Made by a program: the position numbers and the translations under genes
Notes under the pieces: model-generated
What the model was told of the DNA's origin: nothing
The model's database searches: none
The model's input: the letters and a program-made list of their open reading frames with translations, nothing else
Assembly (NCBI RefSeq): GCF_001194135.2
Contig: NC_068990.1
Location: 49,255,583 to 49,319,582 of the forward strand
Direction of reading: 5' to 3'
Length of the DNA: 64,000 bases
Origin: Octopus bimaculoides
Taxonomy: Eukaryota
Shown: positions 1 through 11,504 of the stretch, one piece after another
How the letters are laid out: the number at the start of each line of letters is the position of its first letter
Position numbering within the stretch: position 1 is the first letter of the stretch

Positions 1-457
1 ATGTGGATTTCTATAAACATTCAAAAAGGCTTCACACAAGCACACAACTTCAGATTTATATATTAAGATAAACAATCAAGTATTACAAATTATTGATTCC
101 TGGTAATAAATTCTAAACCAATGGAAATCTATATTATATTATCTCTAGAAATTTTAGTAAATAAAATTTTATTATTATTGGTAAATTACACATTAATACA
201 CCCTGCCTTTAAACCTAATATTATACTATAATACCCGATCATACTGAAATTTATAATTTATTTAAACCAGAAAAATGTATGTCTAAGATAATGGCTACAT
301 CTGAAAGCATTGTATGTTAGTTTATTTATTAACTTACCCTTAGAGAATAATATAAAATATAATTCTAGATTACACAGTACATGTTTATCTCACCAATACA
401 TTGTGGAGATATCATTATATGAACACATGTATATATATATATATAGATATATATATA

Positions 458-492
<35 letters not shown>

Positions 493-546
493 ATATATGG
501 ATGTATGTGTATGTGTGTATATATATATTTGTATATATATATTTAT

Positions 547-926
547 GAAGACTTATTGGGGCAAGCGAAAGTGAAATCAGGATGGCACCTGTGCCCAGCA
601 TGGCCTTTCTGACACTTGTGCCCATGACATGTGTAAGGATTTTTGAGCGAGATCGTTGCCAGTGCCCCTGGACTGGTTCTTGTGCGGGTGGCACATAAAA
701 TACACCATTTTGAGCGTGGCCATTGCCAGTACCGCCTGACTGGCCTTCGTGTGGGTGACACGTAAAATCACCCACTACACTCTCTGAGTGGTTGGCGTTA
801 GGAAGGGCATCCAGCTGTAGAAACTCTGCCAAATCAGATTGGAGCCTGGTGTAGCCATCTGGTTTCACCAGTCTTCAGTCAAATTCATGGAAAGCAGACG
901 TTAAACGATGATGATGATGATGATGA
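547..926 (+). mobile_element. RTE-type LINE 3' UTR fragment (5'-truncated copy) with (GAT)n tail
   Basis: Visibly homologous to the 3' end of the long LINE at 28800-29220 (ggggcaag...ggaagggcatccagctgtagaaactctgcc...ttaaacgatgatgat). Confidence 0.85.
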
Positions 927-1508
927 TTATTATTCTGTAAAATAATCTTTAATTAGTTTAAATGTACACAAATGCATAAAAATAATTTTTAATTCCATTA
1001 GACATTCTAAAATACTATCAAATTTCATTCAATTTTAGAAAAGGTAAAATTGGACTGAACTTATAGGATGACCTAATGGAATATAGAAGGATGACAGGCA
1101 AATTCATGAAAAATTCAATATTTTTTTATCCAATGAGCAAACTTTGCCCCTGCATTGTTACTCAACCAGCTAGATGTAACCACTAAATCTCTTTCAAATA
1201 AAATTTAACTGTCCTTTTCTTTTTCTCTTTTAAATGGATAATGTAGTCTGATGCACTATGCCCCAAAATAAGATGGACTGATCATGGCTGGAGTGCTTTG
1301 GTCTACTTGATTAGGATTAAACTAGAGATTAACAAGAACAAGATATATGACGAAAGTATTTAAAATCTTTATCCATTTTTGGTGTAAGAAACTTTTGCCC
1401 AATATGATGTTAATTAATTTTAAGCAACTCAGTTTCTTGATTTATCTAATAAAAATATGGTACAGTAGAGTCTCTCTTTCTCTCTCTCACACGCACACAC
1501 ATAGATAA

Positions 1509-1857
1509 CACTAGGCAACAAAATATTTGCTACTATTAGATGAAATGGCGCTCATAGGTAATTTGGGAGCACTGATTCTGAATCTGCAATCATTTTTGCT
1601 CTAGCACGTCATGTTTTTGGGCTATCATTATTATACTGCTATCAAAATTATAATACTCTTTTACTTGTTTCAGTCATTTGACTGCGGCCATGCTGGAGCA
1701 CCACCTTTAGTCGAAGAAATCAACCCCAGGACATTCTTTGTAAGCCTAGTACTTATTCTATCAGTTTCTTATGCCGAACTGCTAAGTTACAGGGGTGTAA
1801 ACACACCAGCATTGGTTGTCAAGCGATGTTGGGGGACAAACACAGACATACAAACAT

Positions 1858-1906
<49 letters not shown>

Positions 1907-2660
1907 CACGACGAGCTTCTATCAGTTTCCATCTACCAAATCCACTCACAAGGCGTTGGTTGGCCCAAAACTATAGTAGAAGACACTTGCCCAAGGTGCC
2001 ATGCAGTAGGACTGAACCCAGAACCATGTGGTTGATAAGTAAGCTACTTACCACACAGCCACTCCTGCGCCTATGTGAAAATTCATGACAAATAAAATGA
2101 ATGTTATGTTAAGTGTAAATTACCGTTATTTGGTTTAAGAACAATAGCAACCAGGTGAACAAGTAGCTCTAAAACCAATAAAACACAAAGCAATAGTGTT
2201 AAGTGAATATTATTAATTTTATGTTTTTCAAAAATACCTTTGGCATCTTCTTTTATGCTTATGTTGCATGTTTGTTTCTCATTTTAAAAACCAGCAGTAG
2301 TCCATCAGCATTTTNNNNNNNNNNNNNNNNNNNNNNNNNNNNNNNNNNNNNNNNNNNNNNNNNNNNNNNNNNNNNNNNNNNNNNNNNNNNNNNNNNNNNN
2401 NNNNNNNNNNNNNNNNNNNNNNNNNNNNNNNNNNNNNNNNNNNNNNNNNNNNNNNNNNNNNNNNNNNNNNNNNNNNNNNNNNNNNNNNNNNNNNNNNNNN
2501 NNNNNNNNNNNNNNNNNNNNNNNNNNNNNNNNNNNCTATGTTCATCGCTTACATCACCCATATTGTGTGGAAAAAAGTCAAGTTGAGAATGGAGAAAATG
2601 AATTTTTAGAGACATTCTTGCTTCAAATTGCTTATAAGCTTTCAAAAAATCATTCACAAT
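1509..2660 (-). mobile_element. DNA transposon relic, CMC/Chapaev3-like transposase C-terminus, interrupted by a SINE and a gap
   Basis: Minus-strand peptide MSLKIHFLHSQLDFFPHNMGDVSDEH...[gap]...MLMDYCWFLK matches a motif I recall from this transposase group; CACTA-like end at 1509. The superfamily name is recalled, not searched. Confidence 0.55.
1654..2071 (-). mobile_element. tRNA-derived SINE, full copy (head + microsatellite + 3' domain)
   Basis: Head ggcgcaggagtggctgtgtggtaagtagc with B-box-like gggttcagtcc; the same family recurs at 39074-39428 and 40478-40790, plus partial copies. Confidence 0.85.
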
Positions 2661-2820
2661 TGCAACATAGATGATTTTTCATTTTCCCCAAATTTTTTAC
2701 AAGTGAAACAAACTTTTTCCAAGCAGTTTACTCCATTGGGCTTAATTTTTCTTGAAAAAGCTCATCACAAATTAGTGTGGGAATTTCTGAACCATTAAAA
2801 ACACTATGCCATATGCCTGT

Positions 2821-3010
2821 GGGCATATGGCGTAGTGGTTAAGAGCGCGGGCTACTAACCCTAAGATTCCGAGTTCAATTCCAGGCAGTGACCTGCATAA
2901 TAATAATAACATCAAAATATACCTTAGGAATGAGAACCCAGGTTCGAAATTTCCCCAAGACACCTGATGAAGGCTGGAGGGTATATCAACCGAAACATTG
3001 GGTTAAAGCA
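2821..3010 (+). mobile_element. tRNA-headed SINE with a Penelope-pLTR-like 3' part
   Basis: A box tggcgtagtgg, B box gagttcaattcc, followed by cctgatgaaggctg...ccgaaac. Confidence 0.7.
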
Positions 3011-3754
3011 AGATGAGGATAAATATCCGTCAAATGTAAATAATATAAATAATGTACAAATTTCTTTAGTGTTAACAACTTTATTTCTCTCCCTTTTAAG
3101 ATTCGATAAAATGAGTACCAGTAAATTAAGAAAAAAATGTCTTCAGTAGGTGCAGGTATGTACTTTTGGCAAGTGTCTGCCATCTTACCTCCATACTGAC
3201 CAAAGTCTAATGACTAGATTTGGTAGATGGAAACTGAAAAAAGTTTGAGAAGTTTGCCAATATTTGTTCTTATGCAACATGGTGCAGCCTGGTGATATGA
3301 GAGGTTCTTTGTTGTGTTTTTTTAGTACCTTATGGGTGTTGCACTTCATGTATGTACCAGCCTGTCCGATCTTACGATGCAATAAAATCTCTTAAAGAAA
3401 TTATTATAGTGATTTGGTATAATCTATTCATTTGTTTTTTTGTTATCTTACACTATGCTGAAGTTCTCTTCAACTTTGAATACTTTCTGGAGTTGTAGAT
3501 TACCACTAGACCTCCCTATATCAATACCTCCTTCATAAACTGGACTGTTTACCCTTAATGTTGTGTGTTTCACTTTAATATGCCCTGATCTTAATTGATT
3601 ATCTTTCAACAGTGTGTGTAACAAAAATAAAACAAAGCAGAAAATACTAAAATAATCTTATCATGAAATACGTTTTGTAATGGTTGGTACTGGTTTCAGT
3701 TATTTTGTCACTTGACCATTAAAGTAGATTCTCAGGGACAGCCTCTACCACTCC

Positions 3755-3820
3755 TCTTCTTCTTCTTCTCCTTCTTCTTCTCCTTCTTCTTCTTCTTCTT
3801 CTTCCTACTCCCCTCCTTCT
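3755..3820. repeat. (TTC)n microsatellite
   Basis: Direct inspection. Confidence 0.95.
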
Positions 3821-4184
3821 TTTTCAACTTTGCCTTTCTCTGCACCCACAAACACAATTTTTTTTTAGATCTGCTACTTCCTATTAAGCCTTCACAAATG
3901 AAAAGAGAGAGAGAGAGAGAGACAGACAGAAAAAAGGAAAATATCCTACCTATTTGAAGACAATGGAAATATCTTTTCTTCAATTTAATTGTTTTTCTTC
4001 TTAATTAATATCTACCTTTGTTTTACTCTTAGTTGAAAAGGTCGAAAAGACTGAAACTGGTTCTAACTGTAACAAAATGTATTTCATGATAAAACTATTT
4101 TGGCATTTTCCACCTAGTCTTATTTTCCTTATACGCATCGATTCATGTGTTACTTTTCAGCCTTTTAAACACACATACACACAT

Positions 4185-4700
4185 ATATATACATCATCAT
4201 TATCATTTAACGTCCTTTGTCCATGCTGGCATGGGTTGGGTGGTTTAACTGGGCTGGCACACAGGAAGGCTGCAGCAGACTCCAATCTGATTTGGCATGG
4301 TTTTCTACGGCTAGATGCCTTTCTTAACATCAACCACTCCGAGAATGTAATGGGTGCTTTTACGTTCCACTGGCACGGGTGCCATTTGCATGACACCGGG
4401 CTGCATTTACATGCCACCAGCATGGGTGTCAATTTGCATGACCCTGGTATCTGCCACGACTGTGATTTTGCTCAGCTTGATGGGTTTTCTTCTCAAGCAT
4501 GACATTATGTCAAAAGCCTCAGTCATTGCCTCTGTGAGACCCAACACTCAAAAAGAACTCAGCCACTTTGCCTCCATGAGGCCCAACACTCAAAAGGAAC
4601 TCAGCCACTTTGCCTCTGTGAGGCCTAACAGAAGGTAAGATCCAAGGATCAAGGAGTAGGAAGACAGTAAGCTCCAAGCAGTCCACAGAAGGTATAAAAA
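4185..4700 (-). mobile_element. Diverged RTE LINE 3' end with an internal ~42-bp tandem triplet
   Basis: catcat tail at 4190, homology to the RTE 3' UTR; cactttgcctc...aactcagc repeated at 4525-4630. Confidence 0.7.
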
Positions 4701-4871
4701 ACAATTTTCAGGAACAATAGTGGATTATTGACAGAAGGTTGTAGGTTTTTCCTGTATTGAAGTTCAATAAGCTGAAAAAATTGTTTTATAGCTTACAGTT
4801 AGCAGCAGGGGTTGCTGTGTATGTGAGTATAAATCCAAAGTTAGGGTCTGAAGTAGATAAAATCCAGGTTT

Positions 4872-5176
4872 CATATGTTTCATAGCTAGTAGAACCTCAG
4901 AAGTAGTAATTATCTAAATGAGGTGTAATCCACTAGCTACTCATCAGAGCAAAGATACCTTAATCAAAAGAAGTTAACATTGTCACCAACAGATCCCATG
5001 TTGATTCACAGGAGATTCAATTGAAAAACAAATCTCCTGCGAGTCAACATGGGATCCATTAATGACAATGTTAACTTCTTTTGATTAAGGTATCTTTGGC
5101 CCAATGAATAGCTAGCAAATTACCCCTTGTTTAGATAATTACTACTCCTGAGGTTCTGCTAGCTATGAAACATGTG
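4872..5176. repeat. ~305-bp palindrome (MITE-like)
   Basis: catatgtttcatagctagtagaacctcag is the reverse complement of ctgaggttctgctagctatgaaacatgtg; pairing continues to a ~13-nt central loop. Confidence 0.9.
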
Positions 5177-5211
5177 TAGCCTTGATTTTATATACTCCAT
5201 TCCCTAACATT

Positions 5212-5258
<47 letters not shown>

Positions 5259-7049
5259 NNNNNNNNNNNNNNNNNNNNNNNNNNNNNNNNNNNNNNNNNN
5301 NNNNNNNNNNNNNNNNNNNNNNNNNNNNNNNNNNNNNNNNNNNNNNNNNNNNNNNNNNNNNNNNNNNNNNNNNNNNNNNNNNNNNNNNNNNNNNNNNNNN
5401 NNNNNNNNNNNNNNNNNNNNNNNNNNNNNNNNNNNNNNNNNNNNNNNNNNNNNNNNNNNNNNNNNNNNNNNATATGTATATGCTAATAAGCCTCCCAGCC
5501 CTCGGCCCACTTGTACAGTGCTCAGATGTATTCATAAGGCACATATTGGCTTGTATCATAATGCCCATTTTCCTTACAATAAAAATTGTTAAATGGTATT
5601 TCAATATTGTATAACATCATTTTTTAACATTTATTTACAATATATCAACAAATTTCATTCCACCAATTGAAAATACAATTACTTGTAATCATAATATATG
5701 TAAGAGAAGGGATGTTTCAATAGTTGACCAATGTGAAAGTGTTTTACGGATAAGATGAATTTGTAGCAACTGGAAAATGTGTCTTGGTGTAAACTGAATG
5801 GGGCATTTGACATAACATTAGAAATTATGGTTGTGTTGTGGAGACCTTTTGGCCTCATAGACATTTGTTTTCTGTGTTTGGGACTATTGTCCATTGGTTT
5901 ATGTGGATGGAAATTCTTTTAGAGGCTATCAGCAGATGAGGTAATTGTCATAAATACACTGCTATTGGCTGTCCAATGAATTCAACACATGGAAATACAG
6001 GAAGAAATGTATGAAAAGAAGAATTTCTTCATGACACCTGGTAGGAGCTTTTCTATAAATTAAAATGGTTGAGATGTGCTTATCTGTAACTGCAAAGGGC
6101 CCCTCCCTCCCGGTTTTCTGAAAAAGGAGTATTGTTAGTATTGGTGGTGGTTGCTGTGATGATTGTAATGGAGATAGAAAAGGAAAGATTTGGCTGCTAT
6201 TTCTAGCATAACCTGATACTGTTTATTTGCACTCACACCGAAATATTTACATCTATTTTTTCCACTTTATGGAAATCAATATTTTCTCTGTTGAGATCCA
6301 CCTCAGCAAAGTCATGGATCAAGTGGAAACCCATAAAATACTGTTGCCTTTTGACAGGACAAAGAAATTTCCTGCTGACTTTGCAAGCAACAAGCAGGTA
6401 GATTTGTTTTCAAATCCAGGCAGGACCAAATGAGGTCCTACAAGTTATTTATAATAATAAGTGATGTTGTATTGGGGTTGAAAGAATGACACATACAATA
6501 TTAAATATGCCAAGACTATTGAAAACAATAGAAACTTTTAAACGTTTACCAGTTTTTATTAAATTTTTGGGTTAATGGACTTGAGTTAACGGAAGCTAAA
6601 TGTAATGGAAGTTAATTAGTACAATAATGATTTTCAAAGTTAACTTAAAAGTTAAATCATTAACAAGAATGTTAACTTTGTTAATTAACAATTAATGGAC
6701 TTAGGCCCAGCTCTGTATATATGTATATAAATAAACAAGTAACAACAGATGGAAATTGGTTCATTCACTACTGCTGCTTCAAATGAGTTTTTTTTATTGA
6801 TAAATAGAGTTATTACATCATGTGAAAAAACCAATTACATTAGATGAATATACACAAATTAAACATTTTAAAAAGCATTCCAAGAGTTGTCATGTGCCAC
6901 TTCATGATTCCTGGCTAGCATCAGCCAAAAAATGATTCACTTACCCTAGTTAGTAGTTTATACAGGAAAACCATTAGGGTGACAGGAGCAGGGAGGGAGG
7001 TAGGGAAGAAATTGTAGTGGGAGTAAGAATACAAAATAGGGAACAAGAA

Positions 7050-7520
7050 TCAGACATTCTGCTCTAACTTCTAGCATTCAGTTTCATTGACATGGAACCT
7101 CATATTGTCAGACATCTCAGTCCATTGTCATTTCATCCTGAGATTGGTCCTCACCACTTCATCCGATGTCTTCCTGGATCTCCCTCTTCCACAGGTCCAT
7201 CCACATTCAGTGACCAACTCTTCTTTATACAACTGTCTTCACTCACATACATTACATGTCCAAACCAATGCAGTCCCCTCTCCTGCATACCATATTTAAT
7301 TCCTCTTATACCCAACTTTTCTTTCAACACAGTTGTACTTTGTCATTCATGCACACTGATGTTGCACTTCCAAATACTTTTCTTGTCTCACTAGGAAGAG
7401 GACAACTGTGGTACTCCTCCCAGGAACAAAATCAAACTGTATTTCATCTAGTTTAATTCTATTCTCTGTAACTTCCATTACCTGGTCCAGCAGCTTGATA
7501 TCTCTGTAGTTGTTTCTATC
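7050..7520 (-). mobile_element. RTE LINE RT C-terminal fragment
   Basis: Similar to 28221-28622 (GRGRSRKTSDEVVRTNLRMK-like text on the minus strand). Confidence 0.7.
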
Positions 7521-8913
7521 TTAGGCATCACCTTTACTCTTGTAGCAGCTAACTAAAGTACTACTATGCCAGTTATTGGGGATGACACGTTCTTGAATAA
7601 CGTGATTAATTATGCAAGTGTGTGTGTGTGTGTGTGCATATGCATACATATGTGTGTGTGTCTTAGAGTTTGTCCCACACCACCATTTGGCAACTGGTGT
7701 TGGTTTGCTTACATCCCCATAACTTTGCAGTTTGGCATAAAAAATCGATAGAGTAAGTATCAGGTTTTAAAAATAAGTATGGGGGGTGGGGTGGAAATCT
7801 ATTTGACTAAACCCTTCAAGGCAGTGCCCCAGCATGGCTGCAGTCCAATAACTGAAACAAGAAATAGGTAAAAGATAAAACAAATTAAAATTTATTTAGT
7901 ATTTTTTATTTTCTTTTACAGAGTAAATGTTGGTTGATAACAAAGTCACAAAGTACAAAAAAACAAAAAACAAAAGTAAAAGAAAAGAAAAATGTTTTTT
8001 TATTTAAAAAAAATCAATATTTAGCAATGGTTTTCATCTGCAATGGAATCAGGGATGGCAACAAAGCAAAGTGACAATGTTTAGACCGCATTTAGTAAAC
8101 CTATAACTAAAAGCATTCAAACAATGACCATGTTGTCTTATTTTTTTTTTTAGTAATAATGTACTCTGGACTACTTGACCCAATGTGTCTTTTTGGTTTC
8201 TTTTTGGATGGTAGGGTGTATCTTTTATGTGGCACCAGCACCCATGCTTTTTATGTGGCAGCAGCATCCACACCAATTCTTTTTACATGCCACATTAGTA
8301 TTAGGATCTCAATTCACTTTGATTTTAGGATCTCTAGATTACAATTGGGCCCCTAGACCTGTGTGGCCCTTAGGCAAGTGCTTAGTGTTCCCATGCCTTA
8401 AGACAGCGCTACTGACACTTCCAGAAGGAGACCTTTGGCTACTAATTACAGGAATAATCTTTGTTTTTAAATTCACTATATCAAATATGTGAGATCCACC
8501 TCAGTGGGTCTCAAATGGTGCACCATGAATTTTTAAGAATATAATTTAATGCTTCAGAGAATCTATGCCAATGCATAAGCATCTTCAAAAGTGATTAATA
8601 AACAATTAATAAAATGAGACATACAATAATTTTCTGTATCAATGCTGATATGTTTAAATTCTAAATATCATGCAAAATGTGCCTGTTATTTATATTTGAT
8701 CTCCACTGAGTTACAGAATAAAAAATTCTGAAAACCACTGTTCTATTGTATTATCAGTTATTTGTTCAGATAGCCTTATGGTGGGATCAATGTTGTCAAG
8801 CAGCAGGCAAATTTTATAGGCCATTGATACTTACTTACAATATACACAAAGAACATAATTGTTTGGCAACTCATGAAAAGGAGAAAAAGTTAAAAGGAAT
8901 AAATGAAATATTG

Positions 8914-9127
8914 GTTTCAAATTTTGGCACAAGGCCAGCAATTTTGAGGGAGTGGATAAGTTGATTACATCATCCCCAGTGTTCAACTGGTACTTATTTT
9001 ATCAACCCTGAAAGGGATGAAAAGCAAAGTTGATCTTGGTGGAATTTGAACTCAGAACATAAGGGAGGATGAAATGCCTTGAAACATTTTGCCCAGCATG
9101 TTAACTGCTCTGTCAGCTTACCATCTT
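8914..9127 (-). mobile_element. tRNA-derived SINE (gagttcaaattcc...cctttcatcc family)
   Basis: Homologous to 38039-38263 and 46678-46775. Confidence 0.8.
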
Positions 9128-9147
9128 GAAGAATAAATGAAATATTG

Positions 9148-9966
9148 GTTTCAAATTTTGGCACTGGGCCAGCAATTCTGGGGGAGAGGCTAAGTTGATT
9201 ACATTGACCCCAGCATTCAGTTGGTGCTTATTTTACCAACCCCAAAACAGATGAAGGGCAAAGTTGGCACTAGCAGAATTTGTACTCAGATGATAAAGAC
9301 AGACAAAATGCCCTGTCAAAGGCTTTCTCCATGTCAATGAATGCCAAGTACAGAGCAGAGGTTTATCTTTGGCTAGGTATTTCTCCTGAAGCTGTCTTAC
9401 CAGAAATATAGCATCAGTAGTGCTTCTCCCTGGTACAAACCCAAACTGCATCTCATCTAAACTGACTCTCTCCCTAATTAGTTGGGCTATGACCGTCTCT
9501 GTGACTTTCACTACCTGATCCAACAACTTGATACCTCTGTAATTATTCGTATCTAATGTGTCACCTTTACCTTTGTAGCAGTTGACTATGGTGCTGCTAT
9601 ACCAGTCATTGGGTATGACTCCTTTGTGTATCACTTGATTGACTATACTAGTGACTAGACTATAGCCTACACCGCCAGATATTTTAAGCATCTCTGTGGT
9701 GATTCCTGATGGGTTGGGGGCTTTTCCTGTCTTCATACCCTTAATTGCTTTATCTACCAAGGCATTGTTAATTCAGATAGCTGGTCCCTTTATTGGGTCA
9801 ACATTTGGAAGACTCTCTTTTTCCCATTCACTCTCTATATTTAATGGCATCTTCAAGTCTTTTTCTTTGCATCTATATTAAATGCAAGTGAGCCATCATC
9901 CATGCAGACACATTTCTCTCCTATGACATCACGATTTTCTCACACACACTGTCTTGCAACACGAAA
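9148..9966 (-). mobile_element. RTE RT fragment (9312-9966) fused to a SINE 3' part (9148-9311)
   Basis: ORF 9233-9760 has RT motifs (KGKGDTLDTNNYRGIKLL, QFGFVPGRSTTDAIF); 19-bp direct repeats at 9129-9147 and 9968-9986. Confidence 0.85.
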
Positions 9967-11504
9967 CAAGAATAAATGAAATATTGAAACATTTCTTTGT
10001 TAGTTACCTAAGGGGATGTGAAGTAAGACAGCATAATGATACCTTATGTAGATGGAAATACTTTCGAGAAAATTTCAATAATTTGAGAAGAATATAATGT
10101 AATAAAATAATGATTGAAAAATGAATTTTTTCCCTTTTCTTAACTAGATTTTGAGGCATTTGTTCACTTATTTTAATTAGTCATCTTGGATCTAGTTGAA
10201 TTTGTTGTGAAAATTTGAAATACTTCAAGTGGTAGGATGAAATTTGGATCTTTTCTGGTTGGTTGCCAGCATCAATTTTCTGTTCGAACTGATTTCATAT
10301 TCAGTGTAATGAGACACTTTTATAGGCTAATTCACATCATTACGTGAAAGTAATTTTTGCTATAAATCAATAAAGAGTTATTGGTAATTTAAGTTTGAAA
10401 ATTTTGGTAATTTTAACCAATCGTAAGCTACAGATGCATTTATAGCTGTTTCGATAGTAAGAAGCAGAACATAAGAACTTTTTTGCCTGTTGTAACAGTC
10501 TTTGAAAAGTCTTTTATCTGCAAGGAAGCATGTGTTGACAAATTTGACACTAAGTTCTGTGTGATTATGGCAGCAAGCTCCAGTAACTTCGCTTCTATTA
10601 TGGTTTCTTTTGGTCATTGAGCATTGAGGGGGTTGTGAGATGTGCTAAAAATAACAGCTAAATAAGATTTTTTGGATAAATCTTTTAAATTACTGGAGAC
10701 ATAACACGTGTTGTTTACAAATATTGACAATACGTGCTATTTTCAGCATGTTGACGACAAAAATGTGCAGTCACGCACAAAATGACAGCTTCCAAATTCT
10801 GATTCCTGACTGGGTGAAAATGATCAAACTTTAAACCTCTATAACTTTTTAAAAACATTTTTCTGGAAAAATGAAATAACTCTAGCAAGTGTATTATTCT
10901 GCTAAATTTTAAAATTTTCGGTAAACTTTAATTTTTGGAGCTGCTGACAACCAAACCAAAAAGATCCAGAAATTTAATAAAATCCATGGTAATTTGTTCA
11001 GTTTGGTTAGATTAAAAAAGTAAATAAACATGAAGGGGGAGATTAGTGNNNNNNNNNNNNNNNNNNNNNNNNNNNNNNNNNNNNNNNNNNNNNNNNNNNN
11101 NNNNNNNNNNNNNNNNNNNNNNNNNNNNNNNNNNNNNNNNNNNNNNNNNNNNNNNNNNNNNNNNNNNNNNNNNNNNNNNNNNNNNNNNNNNNNNNNNNNN
11201 NNNNNNNNNNNNNNNNNNNNNNNNNNNNNNNNNNNNNNNNNNNNNNNNNNNNNNNNNNNNNNNNNNNNNNNNNNNNNNNNNNNNNNNNNNNNNNNNNNNN
11301 NNNNNNNNNNNNNNNNNNNNNNNNNNNNNNNNNNNNNNNNNNNNNNNNNNNNNNNNNNNNNNNNNNNNNNNNNNNNNNNNNNNNNGGTAAGCCAATTACT
11401 TCTACTCACACGCATACACCACAGGCCTTACTACACGTGGTGACGTTACTAATGGAAAATTATGTCACTGTAAGCAAATCTGTTCGTTACTGTTCATTTT
11501 TTGA

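Noticed and set aside
310-612. ORFs made of YI/CV/HT runs here and at 1816-2088, 32274-32604 and 40426-40723
   Set aside because: Translations of (TA)n/(TG)n microsatellites and SINEs.
2821-2893. Functional tRNA gene
   Set aside because: Imperfect acceptor stem, no terminator, and it continues into a repeat body; it is a SINE head.
4525-4630. CRISPR-like periodic repeat
   Set aside because: Contiguous ~42-bp tandem units without unique spacers, inside a LINE 3' region in eukaryotic DNA.
5740-6440. Exon-like segments on either strand (e.g. + 6296-6397; - YFMGFHLIHDFAEVDLNRENIDF)
   Set aside because: Splice-like signals are present but there is no consistent phase chain and no recognisable product.
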